Source: Gammaproteobacteria bacterium (GTDB lineage Bacteria > Pseudomonadota > Gammaproteobacteria > S144-34). Taken from it: a stretch of 64,000 nt of DNA. Positions 11,992-20,339 of this stretch are shown here, piece by piece; position 1 is the stretch's first letter, and each line of letters opens with the position of its first letter. The DNA lies in contig JALSJE010000021.1 of the NCBI GenBank assembly GCA_026989495.1, forward strand, positions 17,239 through 81,238. The letters run 5' to 3'. The translations under genes were made by a program, and so were the position numbers. The notes beneath the pieces are model-generated. The model saw only the letters and a program-made list of their open reading frames with translations. It searched no databases and was not told the origin of the DNA.

Positions 11992-12506
11992 GCCGCCTGC
12001 TTCTTCACCACGCTCAGCTCGAGGGGCTCGGGGCCGGCGAGCTCCACGTACTCGTCGGGGGCGAGCTCGAGGTGGCGGCCCGCCACCTGCGCCTCCACGG
12101 GGAGCTCGCGCCCGGGGCGCTCGACCAGCACCGCCAGCAGCACGGAGGCGGGGCGGCCGTAGTCGAAGATCTCGTTCAGGGCCGCTCGGATGGTGCGTCC
12201 GGTGTGCAGCACGTCGTCGACCAGCACGATGTGGCGGTCGTCCACGTTGAAGGGGATGTGGGACGGGCGCACCTGCGGGTTCATGCCCACGCGGGTGAAG
12301 TCGTCGCGGTAGAAGGAGATGTCGAGGGTGCCGAGAGGCTCGTCGAGACCGAGCAGGCGGTGGAGGCGCTCGGCCACCCACACGCCGCCGGTGTGGATGC
12401 CCACCATGGCCGGCGCATGCACGCCGCGCGCCTCGAGCCGCTCGCGCAGGGCCGCGGCCATCTCGGCGAGGACGGCGTCGATGTCGATGTCCAGCCTGCG
12501 GCTCAT
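11988..12506 (-). CDS. pyrR: bifunctional pyrimidine operon regulator/uracil phosphoribosyltransferase PyrR
   Basis: About 172 aa with the PRTase motif [12 protein letters not shown]. Start at [10 protein letters not shown]. Confidence 0.85.
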   Translation of the reverse strand: MSRRLDIDIDAVLAEMAAALRERLEARGVHAPAMVGIHTGGVWVAERLHRLLGLDEPLGTLDISFYRDDFTRVGMNPQVRPSHIPFNVDDRHIVLVDDVLHTGRTIRAALNEIFDYGRPASVLLAVLVERPGRELPVEAQVAGRHLELAPDEYVELAGPEPLELSVVKKQAA

Positions 12507-12979
12507 GGGCCCTCCCCCTGCGCGGTGACGCCGTCCAGCCAGGCCTGCAGGATGACCTGCGCCGCCGCCCGGTCGCGCGCGCCGCGCCGCGCCGGCCGGC
12601 GCAGGCGCCCCGCCGCCCGGGCCTCGCGGATGGCCGCGCGGGCGGCGGCGCTGCTCAGGCGCTCGTCCACGCGGTGGACCGGCAGCCGGTAGCGGGCCGC
12701 GAGCCGGCGGGCGAAGCGTTCCGCGGCGCGGGTGAGCGCGTGCGGCGTGCCGTCGAGATTGTACGGGATGCCCACCACCAGCGCATCGGGGCCCCACTCC
12801 GCCACCAGGCGGTCGAGCGCCGGCCAGTCCGGCCCGCGGGCCGCGGCCACCACCGCCAGCGGGCGCGCGGTGCGCGTCACGGTCTCGCCCACCGCCACCC
12901 CGATGCGGCGCAGCCCATAGTCGAAGCCGAGTACCGTCGCGGGTCGGGGCGAGCCCGCCGGGGCCGGACCGGGGCCCAT
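12503..12979 (-). CDS. ruvX: Holliday-junction resolvase-like protein RuvX/YqgF
   Basis: 158 aa; [15 protein letters not shown] is the RNase H-like YqgF signature. Confidence 0.85.
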   Translation of the reverse strand: MGPGPAPAGSPRPATVLGFDYGLRRIGVAVGETVTRTARPLAVVAAARGPDWPALDRLVAEWGPDALVVGIPYNLDGTPHALTRAAERFARRLAARYRLPVHRVDERLSSAAARAAIREARAAGRLRRPARRGARDRAAAQVILQAWLDGVTAQGEGP

Positions 12980-12983
12980 GGCC

Positions 12984-13553
12984 TCAGGCGTGGCCCGCCT
13001 CGCCCGAGAGGCGGCCGAGATCGATCCCGAGATGGCGGGCGGCCGCCTCCCAGCGCGCCTCGTCCGGGGTCTCGAACACGATCGCCATGTCGGCGGGACC
13101 GCTGAGCCAGGCGTTGTCGGCCATCTCCTGCTCGAGCTGCCCCGGCGCCCAGCCGGCGTAGCCGAGGGCGACGAGGAAACGCTCCGGCCCCTCGCCCCGG
13201 GCGATGGCCTCGAGGATGTCGCGCGAGGTGGTGATGGCGACGGTCTCGGTCACCTGCAGGGTCGAGCTCCAGGCCCCCACCGGCTCGTGCAGCACGAAGC
13301 CGCGCTCGCGCTGCACGGGTCCGCCCACGTACACCGGAACCTCCAGCGCGCGGGGGTCGGTGGCGCGGATGCCCATGTGCTCCAGGATCTCGCCCAGGCG
13401 CATCTCGCTCGGCCGGTTGACCACCAGCCCCAGGGCCCCCTCCTCGTTGTGCTCGCAGATGTAGGTGACGGTGTGGAAAAAGTTCGGGTCCGCGAGCTGG
13501 GGCATCGCGATGAGGAAGTGGCCGGTGAGCCAGGCGCGCGTCTGCTCGTCCAT
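12984..13553 (-). CDS. yqgE: YqgE/AlgH family protein (UPF0301)
   Basis: Start at MDEQTRAWLTGHFLIAMP. The family motif GPVQRERGFVLH is present. Confidence 0.8.
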   Translation of the reverse strand: MDEQTRAWLTGHFLIAMPQLADPNFFHTVTYICEHNEEGALGLVVNRPSEMRLGEILEHMGIRATDPRALEVPVYVGGPVQRERGFVLHEPVGAWSSTLQVTETVAITTSRDILEAIARGEGPERFLVALGYAGWAPGQLEQEMADNAWLSGPADMAIVFETPDEARWEAAARHLGIDLGRLSGEAGHA

Positions 13554-13596
13554 GGCGGACAGTATCCCGCCGCCCCGGGGGGCCCGCAAGGGCCGT

Positions 13597-14496
13597 TCAG
13601 CGGCCGCGCAGGCGGTTGGAGCTCAGGAACTCCCAGGTGCGGACGATATGCAGCACGTCGGTTTCACGGCGGATCTCCGGCGGAAAGGGGGCGAAGGGGG
13701 CGGCCAGCCGCACGATGCGCTTGGCTGCCTGGTCGAGCACGCGATGGCCCGAGGAGCGCGTGACGGTGATCTCGCGCACCGTGCCGTCGGCGTTGAGGGC
13801 CACGTCGAGGGTGAGCCGGCCCGAGAGCCCCCGCCGGCGGGCCTCGACCGGGTAGTTCAGGTTGCCGATACGCTCGACCTTCTCCACCCAGGCCTGCACG
13901 TAGGCGGCGTACTTGTGCCGGCGGGTGCGCGCGTGCACGTAGCGCTCGCGCAGCCGTTCGCCGCGGGCGCGTTCGCGCTCGCCCGGCTCGGCCTCGAGGC
14001 TGGCCAGCGCGAGGCTGCGGCTGTAGAGCGCGGCCGCGCTCAGGGGCGTGTTGCGGCTCGCGGGCGGAGCGGGCTCGGCCGGCGCGCGCGGTGCGGCCTC
14101 GGGCCGCGTGCGCGCGAGCCGCTCGGGAGCGGCGGCGCGCGCGGGGGTGGGGGGGCTGGCCTGGCTGGCCTGGGGGCCCGGGGTCTCGAGGGGGACGGTC
14201 TTCGGGGGCGCCTCGGGGCGCGCCGGCTCGCGCACGTTGCCGGCGCCGGCCTGGTCCGCGGCCGCCAGGTAGTCGGCCTGGTCCGGGGCCTTCTCCGCCG
14301 GCTGCCGGACGAGCGTCACGTCCAGGGTGGGCAGCGGGGGCTCGCTCGGGCGATCGAAGGGCGAGAAGCCGACGCCGAGGATGACGATGGCGTGGAAGGC
14401 CGCCGCCAGGGTCAGCGTCAGGGCGAGGCGGTCACGCGCCGGCGGCAGCGGGGGCGGCGGCGCGCCCGGGACCGCGGTGGCCGATGGGGTGCTCAT
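13597..14496 (-). CDS. TonB-family energy transducer (Pro/Ala-rich spacer, TonB C-terminal domain)
   Basis: About 299 aa from MSTPSAT. Has an N-terminal TM segment, a Pro-rich periplasmic spacer and a C-terminal TonB domain (YPVEARRRGLSGRLTLDVALNADGTVREITV). By position it corresponds to tonB3 of P. aeruginosa. Confidence 0.7.
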   Translation of the reverse strand: MSTPSATAVPGAPPPPLPPARDRLALTLTLAAAFHAIVILGVGFSPFDRPSEPPLPTLDVTLVRQPAEKAPDQADYLAAADQAGAGNVREPARPEAPPKTVPLETPGPQASQASPPTPARAAAPERLARTRPEAAPRAPAEPAPPASRNTPLSAAALYSRSLALASLEAEPGERERARGERLRERYVHARTRRHKYAAYVQAWVEKVERIGNLNYPVEARRRGLSGRLTLDVALNADGTVREITVTRSSGHRVLDQAAKRIVRLAAPFAPFPPEIRRETDVLHIVRTWEFLSSNRLRGR

Positions 14497-15107
14497 GCCG
14501 GCTCCGTGGCGTCCAGCTCGAGGATGCGCCAGGCGATTATACCGCTCAGGGTGCCGAAGGCCGCGGCCGCGGTCATGAGAGGCGCGGCCAGGTACAGGAA
14601 AGCCGGGTGGGGGACGAAGAGCAGCCACGCCACCCCGAGCTGGGCACCCATGTGGGCCAGGGCCGCTGCCAGGCTCAGGCCGAGGGGGCTCAGACCGCGC
14701 CCCGGCCCATCGTGCTGCCCGGCCCCCCTGCCTCGGGGGGCGATGCCGACGAGGCGCGCGGCCAGCCCCAGCACCACCAGCGCCCCGGTGGCACCCGCCG
14801 CGCTCAGGATGAAGGTGGGCGAGAGGAAGGTGCCGAGCAGGAGCGAGCCCACCAGCACGCGCAGCGCCCCCACCCACGCGGCCGTGCGCCAGCCGAAGCG
14901 CACCAGGGCGAGCACGGTCACCACATTGGCGAGCCCGGGCTTCATGCCCGGCACCGGGCTGGGCAGGGCTGTCTCCAGCACGTGGAGGGCGACCGCCAGC
15001 GCCGCGAGCGCCGCCACCTGCAGGTCCTCGCGCTCGGGCCGCAGCAGGGTGGTGCCCGGCGTCGCGCCGCTCATCCCGGGGAGGGTGGCGTCCGAGGGTG
15101 GGCTCAC
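14493..15107 (-). CDS. Gx transporter family / heptaprenyl-diphosphate-synthase-component-I-like membrane protein
   Basis: 204 aa, polytopic, with Gly/Ala-rich TM helices. Typical partner of NusG-II and ApbE genes. Confidence 0.5.
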   Translation of the reverse strand: MSPPSDATLPGMSGATPGTTLLRPEREDLQVAALAALAVALHVLETALPSPVPGMKPGLANVVTVLALVRFGWRTAAWVGALRVLVGSLLLGTFLSPTFILSAAGATGALVVLGLAARLVGIAPRGRGAGQHDGPGRGLSPLGLSLAAALAHMGAQLGVAWLLFVPHPAFLYLAAPLMTAAAAFGTLSGIIAWRILELDATEPA

Positions 15108-15119
15108 GGGCGGTCCGGG

Positions 15120-15497
15120 TCAGAAGTTGATGGCGTCATAGGCGCCGCCGGGACCGGTGAGGGTGACCACCACCCCGTTCGGCAGGCAGGCCGCGAGCGC
15201 GCCGGCCTCGCGCACCCAGCCGGCGCGCACGCACACCTTCGCCCGGCAGGGCGAGTCCACGAAACGGACCGCCCCGCCGCGCACCTCCAGCACGCTCTCG
15301 CCAAGCGCCCCGCGCACCCGGTAGGTGCCGGGCCGGTCGAGGGGGAGGTAGCGCGTCCCGAAGGGCGTCTCCACGCGGGCGGTCACCACCGGACCCGCCC
15401 CGGCCTGGCGCCAGGCGAGCACGTGCAGCCCCGCGAGCAGGACCGCCGCGAGGGCGAACACGACCAGGTCCGCGGGCGTCGGAAGCGGACGGCTCAC
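15120..15497 (-). CDS. NusG domain II-containing protein (DUF1312-like)
   Basis: About 125 aa tail of ORF 15120..16532, with an N-terminal TM segment followed by a beta-rich domain. The start (GTG overlapping the apbE stop) is uncertain. Confidence 0.45.
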   Translation of the reverse strand: MSRPLPTPADLVVFALAAVLLAGLHVLAWRQAGAGPVVTARVETPFGTRYLPLDRPGTYRVRGALGESVLEVRGGAVRFVDSPCRAKVCVRAGWVREAGALAACLPNGVVVTLTGPGGAYDAINF

Positions 15498-16588
15498 GGC
15501 GCGCCTCCCCCTGCGGGCGCCGCGGCCGTGCCCTCCGGAACGGCGGGCAGCGGCACGGTCTCCAGGGGCGGGGCGGGGCGCGCCACGATGCGCAGCCGCC
15601 GCGCGAGTGCCGGCGTGGCCTGGAGCCGGCCTGCCTCGTCCACCACCAGCACCTGGGTGAGCCCCAGCCGGGCCGCCACCGCCGGCCACTCGCGGGGGCC
15701 GGCCACGAACAGCGCAGTGGCGGCCGCGTCCGCCTCGCTGCCGTCGTCGTGGACCACCGTGACCGAGACGAGCCCGCGCGCGGGCCGGCCCGTGCGCGGG
15801 TCGAGGATGTGATGATAGCGCCGGCCCTGCCAGGTGAAGTAGCGCTCGTAGTCCCCGGAGGTGAAGACCGCCTCGCCGTCGGCCACCTCGAGGGCGGCCA
15901 GGATGCCGTTGCCGCGCGGGGCGCGGATGCCGATGCGCCAGGGGCGGTCCCCGTGGCGCCCGAGGACGCGCAGGTCGCCGCCGGCGTTGACCAGGGCGCT
16001 GGTCACGCCCAGGCGGCGCAGGCGCTCGACGGCCCGGTCCACGGCGAGCCCCTTGGCGAAGGCGCCGAAGTCGAGCTGCACCTCCGGGTTGCGCGAGCGC
16101 ACCCGGATGCCGCGCACCTCCAGGTCGAGGATGCTGGGCCGGGCGGCGAGCAGGGCGGCGATGCGCGCCGCGTCCGGAGGCGGGCGCTCGCCACCGGGAT
16201 CGTCGCCGTGGAAGCCCCACAGGGCGATGAGCTTTCCGATCCCCGGATCGAAAAGACCGCCCGAGGCCTCGGCGAGCGCGCGCGCCTCGACGATGAGGGG
16301 CAGCACCGAGGGCGCGGCCGAGAACCAGTGGCCCGTGGCGAGCAGCGTGTTGACCCGTCCGAGCGCCCCGGGGCGCCAGGCGTGCCAGGTGCGCTCCATA
16401 TAGGTGAAGTCGGCCTCCAGCGCGCGGTGGGCGCGCTCGGCGAGCCCCGCGGGCGCGCCGTGGAGGGTGAGCTCCACCACCGTGCCCATGGCGAGGAAGC
16501 TGTAGCGATGCTCGGGCGCCTCGCGCGCGCACCCGGCCGCGAGCAGCGCGGCCGCGAGCAGCGCGGCGGCGCGGACACGGGGCCTCAT
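15494..16588 (-). CDS. apbE: FAD:protein FMN transferase ApbE (lipoprotein)
   Basis: From MRPRVRAAALLAAALLAAGC (lipobox). Matches the ApbE family along its length (FLAMGT...DPSGIGKG...GGD). Its start overlaps the gshB stop. Confidence 0.85.
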   Translation of the reverse strand: MRPRVRAAALLAAALLAAGCAREAPEHRYSFLAMGTVVELTLHGAPAGLAERAHRALEADFTYMERTWHAWRPGALGRVNTLLATGHWFSAAPSVLPLIVEARALAEASGGLFDPGIGKLIALWGFHGDDPGGERPPPDAARIAALLAARPSILDLEVRGIRVRSRNPEVQLDFGAFAKGLAVDRAVERLRRLGVTSALVNAGGDLRVLGRHGDRPWRIGIRAPRGNGILAALEVADGEAVFTSGDYERYFTWQGRRYHHILDPRTGRPARGLVSVTVVHDDGSEADAAATALFVAGPREWPAVAARLGLTQVLVVDEAGRLQATPALARRLRIVARPAPPLETVPLPAVPEGTAAAPAGGGAP

Positions 16589-17826
16589 GGCCGCCCGCCT
16601 CCTGCCGTCCTGCGCCGGTCCCGTGCCGCGAGCCGCCGCGCGATGGCGTCCATGAGGTCGCCGGCGATGTCGAGCCCGTAGAGCGCGTCGAGCTCGCGGA
16701 TGCAGGTGGGGCTGGTGACGTTGATCTCGGTCAGCCAGCCCCCGATCACGTCCAGCCCGACGAAAAGCAGCCCGCGCTCGCGGAGCGCCGGGCCGAGGCG
16801 GGCGCAGATCTCGCGCTCGCGCCGATCCAGCGGCACCCCCTCGCCGCGGCCGCCGGCGGCGAGGTTGCCCCGCAGCTCGCCCGCGCGCGGGATGCGGGCG
16901 AGCGCGTAGGGCACGGGCTCGCCATCCACCAGGAGGATGCGGTGGTCGCCCCCGGTGCGGATCTCCGGGACGAAGCGCTGGGCCATGCACCAGCGCCGGC
17001 CGTGCGCCGTCATGGTCTCGAGGATCACGGGGCGGTTGGGGTCGTCGCGGCGCAGGTAGAAGACGGACTCGCCGCCCATGCTTCCGAGGGGCTTGAGCAC
17101 GATCTCGCCGTGCGCCTCGAGGAAGGCCTCGATGCGTGCCGGCTCGCGCGCCACCACGAAGGGCGGGGCGAGGTCGGCGAACCAGGCCAGCCAGAGCTTC
17201 TCGTCCACCTCGCGCAGCGCCCGCGGGGCGTTGACCACCAAGGTCCCCGCCGCCTCGGCGCGCTCCAGGATCCAGGTCGCGCGCAGGTATTCGAGGTCCA
17301 CGGGCGGATCCTTGCGCATGAGGATCACGTCGAGCGTGTGCAGCGGGGCCTCCTCCGGCTCGCCCAGCTCGTACCAGCCCGCCGGGTCGTCGCGCACCGC
17401 GAGCGGGCGCATGCGGGCCCAGGCCTCGGCGCCCGCCGTGCCGGAGCCGGATGCCCAGGTCGCGGGATCTGGGCCGGTGCCGGAGGCGGGCCGCCCCGCC
17501 TGCGGGCGCTGCGGCGCTCCCCGCGACTGCGCGCTGCGCGCGCCCGTGTCCGCGCCGCCGCCTCGTCGTCGCCTTTCCGCATCCCCGGCTGCCTGATACC
17601 GTTCCGCCTCCCCGCGCTCTGGGACTCGGCGGCCGTGCGGCGCTCCCCGCGACTGCGCGCTGCGCGCGCCCGTGTCCGCGCCGCCCGCCAGCCACAGGTC
17701 GCCGAGCTCCATGTAGCGCAGGCTCCAGCCGCGCGCCTGCGCGGCCAGCAGCATGGCGAAGGTGCTGTCCTTGGCGATGCGGATGTCCTCGATGGGGTCC
17801 ATCACGACCCCGAGCCGCACGCTCAC
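16585..17826 (-). CDS. gshB: glutathione synthetase (ATP-grasp) with a long in-frame N-domain insertion
   Basis: Aligns with E. coli GshB from VSVRLGVVMDPIEDI to the C-terminus. About 84 extra Gly/Ala/Arg-rich residues lie between GDLWL and AWARMRPLAV. GTG start overlaps the gshA stop. Confidence 0.85.
   Translation of the reverse strand: MSVRLGVVMDPIEDIRIAKDSTFAMLLAAQARGWSLRYMELGDLWLAGGADTGARSAQSRGAPHGRRVPERGEAERYQAAGDAERRRRGGGADTGARSAQSRGAPQRPQAGRPASGTGPDPATWASGSGTAGAEAWARMRPLAVRDDPAGWYELGEPEEAPLHTLDVILMRKDPPVDLEYLRATWILERAEAAGTLVVNAPRALREVDEKLWLAWFADLAPPFVVAREPARIEAFLEAHGEIVLKPLGSMGGESVFYLRRDDPNRPVILETMTAHGRRWCMAQRFVPEIRTGGDHRILLVDGEPVPYALARIPRAGELRGNLAAGGRGEGVPLDRREREICARLGPALRERGLLFVGLDVIGGWLTEINVTSPTCIRELDALYGLDIAGDLMDAIARRLAARDRRRTAGGGRP
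17511..17685. repeat. Perfect 49-bp direct repeat (2 copies, 126-bp spacer) inside the gshB coding sequence
   Basis: gcggcgctccccgcgactgcgcgctgcgcgcgcccgtgtccgcgccgcc occurs at about 17511-17559 and again at about 17637-17685. The spacer between the copies is lower in GC. Confidence 0.6.
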
Positions 17827-19121
17827 GGCGCGGCCTCGCGCATCTCGCGCGCGGCGGCCACCAGCGCGAGCCGTGCCACCACGCCGTAGGCGTAGAAGCG
17901 GTTGGGGCCCGCGTCCGGGTCGCTGCGCGCATCCGGCGTGTTGCACGACCCCGTGAAGGCGAGCGGCTGGAAGTGCATGCCGGGGGCGTTGAGATTCTCG
18001 GTGGGGCCGCGGCCGGTGTGCACCCGGTAGAAGCCGCCCACCACATAGTGATCGATCATGTAGACCACGGGCTCGGCCACGGAGGAGCCGTCCTCCCAGG
18101 TTTCGAAGGTGTAGACCCCTTCCTGCAGCAGCACGCGCCGCACCGCGCGTCCGCCCTTGGTGGTGGCCATGCGCGTGCGCTGGCGCCGGCTCAGGCCGCG
18201 CACCTCCTCCGGGCTGCGCGCCACCATCACCGCCATGCCGTAGGTGCCGGCGTCGGCCTTGATCACCACGAAGGGCTCACGGTCTATGCCGTGCTCGTCG
18301 TACTTTGCGCGGATGGCCTCGAGGAGCCGGGCCACGTTGCGCTCCAGGCAGGCCTCGCCCTCGCGGCGCAGGAAGTCGATCTCGCCGCAGTTGCGATAGA
18401 GGGGCTCGATGAGCCAGGGGTCGATGTCGATGAGGGCTGCGAACTCTTCGGCCACGCGGTGGTAGTGCTCGAAGTGGCGGAACTTGGAGCGGTCCGCCCA
18501 GCCCAGGTGCAGGGGCGGGGCGACGGGCTGCTCGATGTCCTCCAGGATCGCCGGGCGCCCGCCGGCGAGGTCGTTGTTGAGCAGCACCATGCAAGGGTCG
18601 AATCCGGCCACGCCCACGCGCGCCCCGTGCCGCTCCAGGGGCTCGAGCACCACCTCGCGGCCCGAGGGCAGCTCGATGCGGCGCGGGCCCTCGAGATCCT
18701 CGATGAGCGAGCCGATGCGCACCTCGTAGCCCGCCTGCGCCACGATGCCGGCCAGCGTCGCGAGGCTCTCCAGGTAATAGGTGTTGCGGGTATGGCTCTC
18801 GGGCACGATCAGCACGCGGCTCGCCGTGGGGCAGAGCCGCTCGATGGCGGCCTGCATGGCCTGCACGCACAGCGGCAGGAAGGCCGGGTTGAGGTTGTTG
18901 AACCCGGCCGGAAAGAGGTTGGTGTCCACCGGCGCGAGCTTGAAGCCCGCGTTGCGCAGGTCCACCGACGCGTAGATGGGTGCGGGCGTGGCGAGCCACT
19001 GGCGGCGCAGCCAGGCCTCGATGGCGCTCTGGCGCTCGAGCAGGTGCGACTCCAGGGTCAGCAGCGGCCCCGTGAGCGCGGTGGTCAGGTGCGGTACGGT
19101 CTGCAGTGTCGGTGCGGCCAT
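17823..19121 (-). CDS. gshA: putative glutamate--cysteine ligase (rare Acidithiobacillus-type GshA family)
   Basis: 432 aa, translationally coupled to gshB. It is not the E. coli-type GshA; I recall the family from memory and did not run a search. Confidence 0.55.
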   Translation of the reverse strand: MAAPTLQTVPHLTTALTGPLLTLESHLLERQSAIEAWLRRQWLATPAPIYASVDLRNAGFKLAPVDTNLFPAGFNNLNPAFLPLCVQAMQAAIERLCPTASRVLIVPESHTRNTYYLESLATLAGIVAQAGYEVRIGSLIEDLEGPRRIELPSGREVVLEPLERHGARVGVAGFDPCMVLLNNDLAGGRPAILEDIEQPVAPPLHLGWADRSKFRHFEHYHRVAEEFAALIDIDPWLIEPLYRNCGEIDFLRREGEACLERNVARLLEAIRAKYDEHGIDREPFVVIKADAGTYGMAVMVARSPEEVRGLSRRQRTRMATTKGGRAVRRVLLQEGVYTFETWEDGSSVAEPVVYMIDHYVVGGFYRVHTGRGPTENLNAPGMHFQPLAFTGSCNTPDARSDPDAGPNRFYAYGVVARLALVAAAREMREAAP

Positions 19122-19400
19122 GGCGAGCGGAAAGGCGGAGGACGGCGCCGAAGGCCCCGGCGGCGTCGATGCCCCGACGAGCGCGTCCCCTCGGGCGGGA
19201 TCCCGGCGTGCCAGCCCTCGGGCAGCGCCCTAAAATGGTACCCTAGGCACAGGGCGTGCGCGCGGCCTGCGGGCTCGCTGCCAGCCGGGGTTGGAAGGCC
19301 GGCCGGGGTGGGGGCTTGCGGTGCGCGTTTTATGGAAGCGCTTAAGTTATTGTGCTAAACATTGGCCGTACGGTAGTTTTCAGCCCGGGAGCGGGGAAGG

Positions 19401-19832
19401 ATGGCCACGCAGGAGAACCCGGTGGGGGAGGCGAAGACCAAGCCGCAGGACCTGGCCGGCCTCAAGGTCATGGTCATCGACGACAGCAAGACCATCCGCC
19501 GCACGGCGGAGATCCTGCTGAAGAAGGAGGGTTGCGAGGTCGTCACCGCGACGGACGGCTTCGAGGCACTGGCCAAGATCGCCGAGCACCGGCCCGACAT
19601 CATCTTCGTCGACATCATGATGCCGCGCCTCGACGGCTATCAGACGTGTGCCCTGATCAAGCGCAACCGGATGTTCCGGGACACGCCCGTCATCATGCTC
19701 TCGAGCAAGGACGGGCTGTTCGACCGGGCCAAGGGGCGCATCGTGGGCTCGGAGCAGTACCTGACCAAGCCCTTCACCAAGGAGGAGCTGCTGGGGGCGA
19801 TCCGGCGCCAGGTCCAGAGCGGCGAGGAATGA
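19401..19832 (+). CDS. pilG: twitching-motility response regulator PilG (CheY-like)
   Basis: 143 aa single REC domain (VMVIDDS...DIMMPRLDG...KPF). First gene of the Pil-Chp cluster. Confidence 0.9.
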   Translation: MATQENPVGEAKTKPQDLAGLKVMVIDDSKTIRRTAEILLKKEGCEVVTATDGFEALAKIAEHRPDIIFVDIMMPRLDGYQTCALIKRNRMFRDTPVIMLSSKDGLFDRAKGRIVGSEQYLTKPFTKEELLGAIRRQVQSGEE

Positions 19833-19840
19833 GGTTCAGG

Positions 19841-19879
19841 GGCGCCTGGCGTGTCCGCCGCGGCGGGCACGCCAGGCGC
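19841..19879. other. nested GC-rich palindrome between pilG and pilH
   Basis: ggcgcctggcgtg / loop tccgccgcggcggg / cacgccaggcgc. It is a 12-bp stem whose loop is itself palindromic. There is no U-tract. Confidence 0.35.
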
Positions 19880-19948
19880 GCGCGGGCGGGGGCGGCAGGC
19901 GCCACCCGTCACGGCGAGTTGCACGGCACAGCGGAGGGGGCAGCACAG

Positions 19949-20317
19949 ATGGCGCGCATCCTGATCGTGGACGACTCACCCACCGAGGTGCACGTCCTCA
20001 AGACCATGCTCGAGAAGAACGGCTTCGACACGCTCGCGGCCATGAGCGGCGAGGAGGGCATCGAGAAGGCGCGCAACGAGCGCCCGGACCTCATCCTGAT
20101 GGACATCGTGATGCCGGGCCTCAACGGTTTCCAGGCCACCCGTCAGCTCACGCGCGATCCCGACACGGCCTCCATCCCGGTGATCATCGTGACCACCAAG
20201 GACCAGGAGACCGACCGCATCTGGGGGCTGCGCCAGGGGGCCAAGGACTACATCACCAAGCCGGTGGAGGAGAAGGACCTGGTGGCAAAGATCAAGGCGG
20301 TGCTGGGGGCGGCCTGA
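19949..20317 (+). CDS. pilH: response regulator PilH (CheY-like)
   Basis: 122 aa REC domain (ILIVDDSPTE...DIVMPGLNG...KPV). Confidence 0.9.
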   Translation: MARILIVDDSPTEVHVLKTMLEKNGFDTLAAMSGEEGIEKARNERPDLILMDIVMPGLNGFQATRQLTRDPDTASIPVIIVTTKDQETDRIWGLRQGAKDYITKPVEEKDLVAKIKAVLGAA

Positions 20318-20339
20318 GGCCGGGCGCGGAGGCAGGCGG

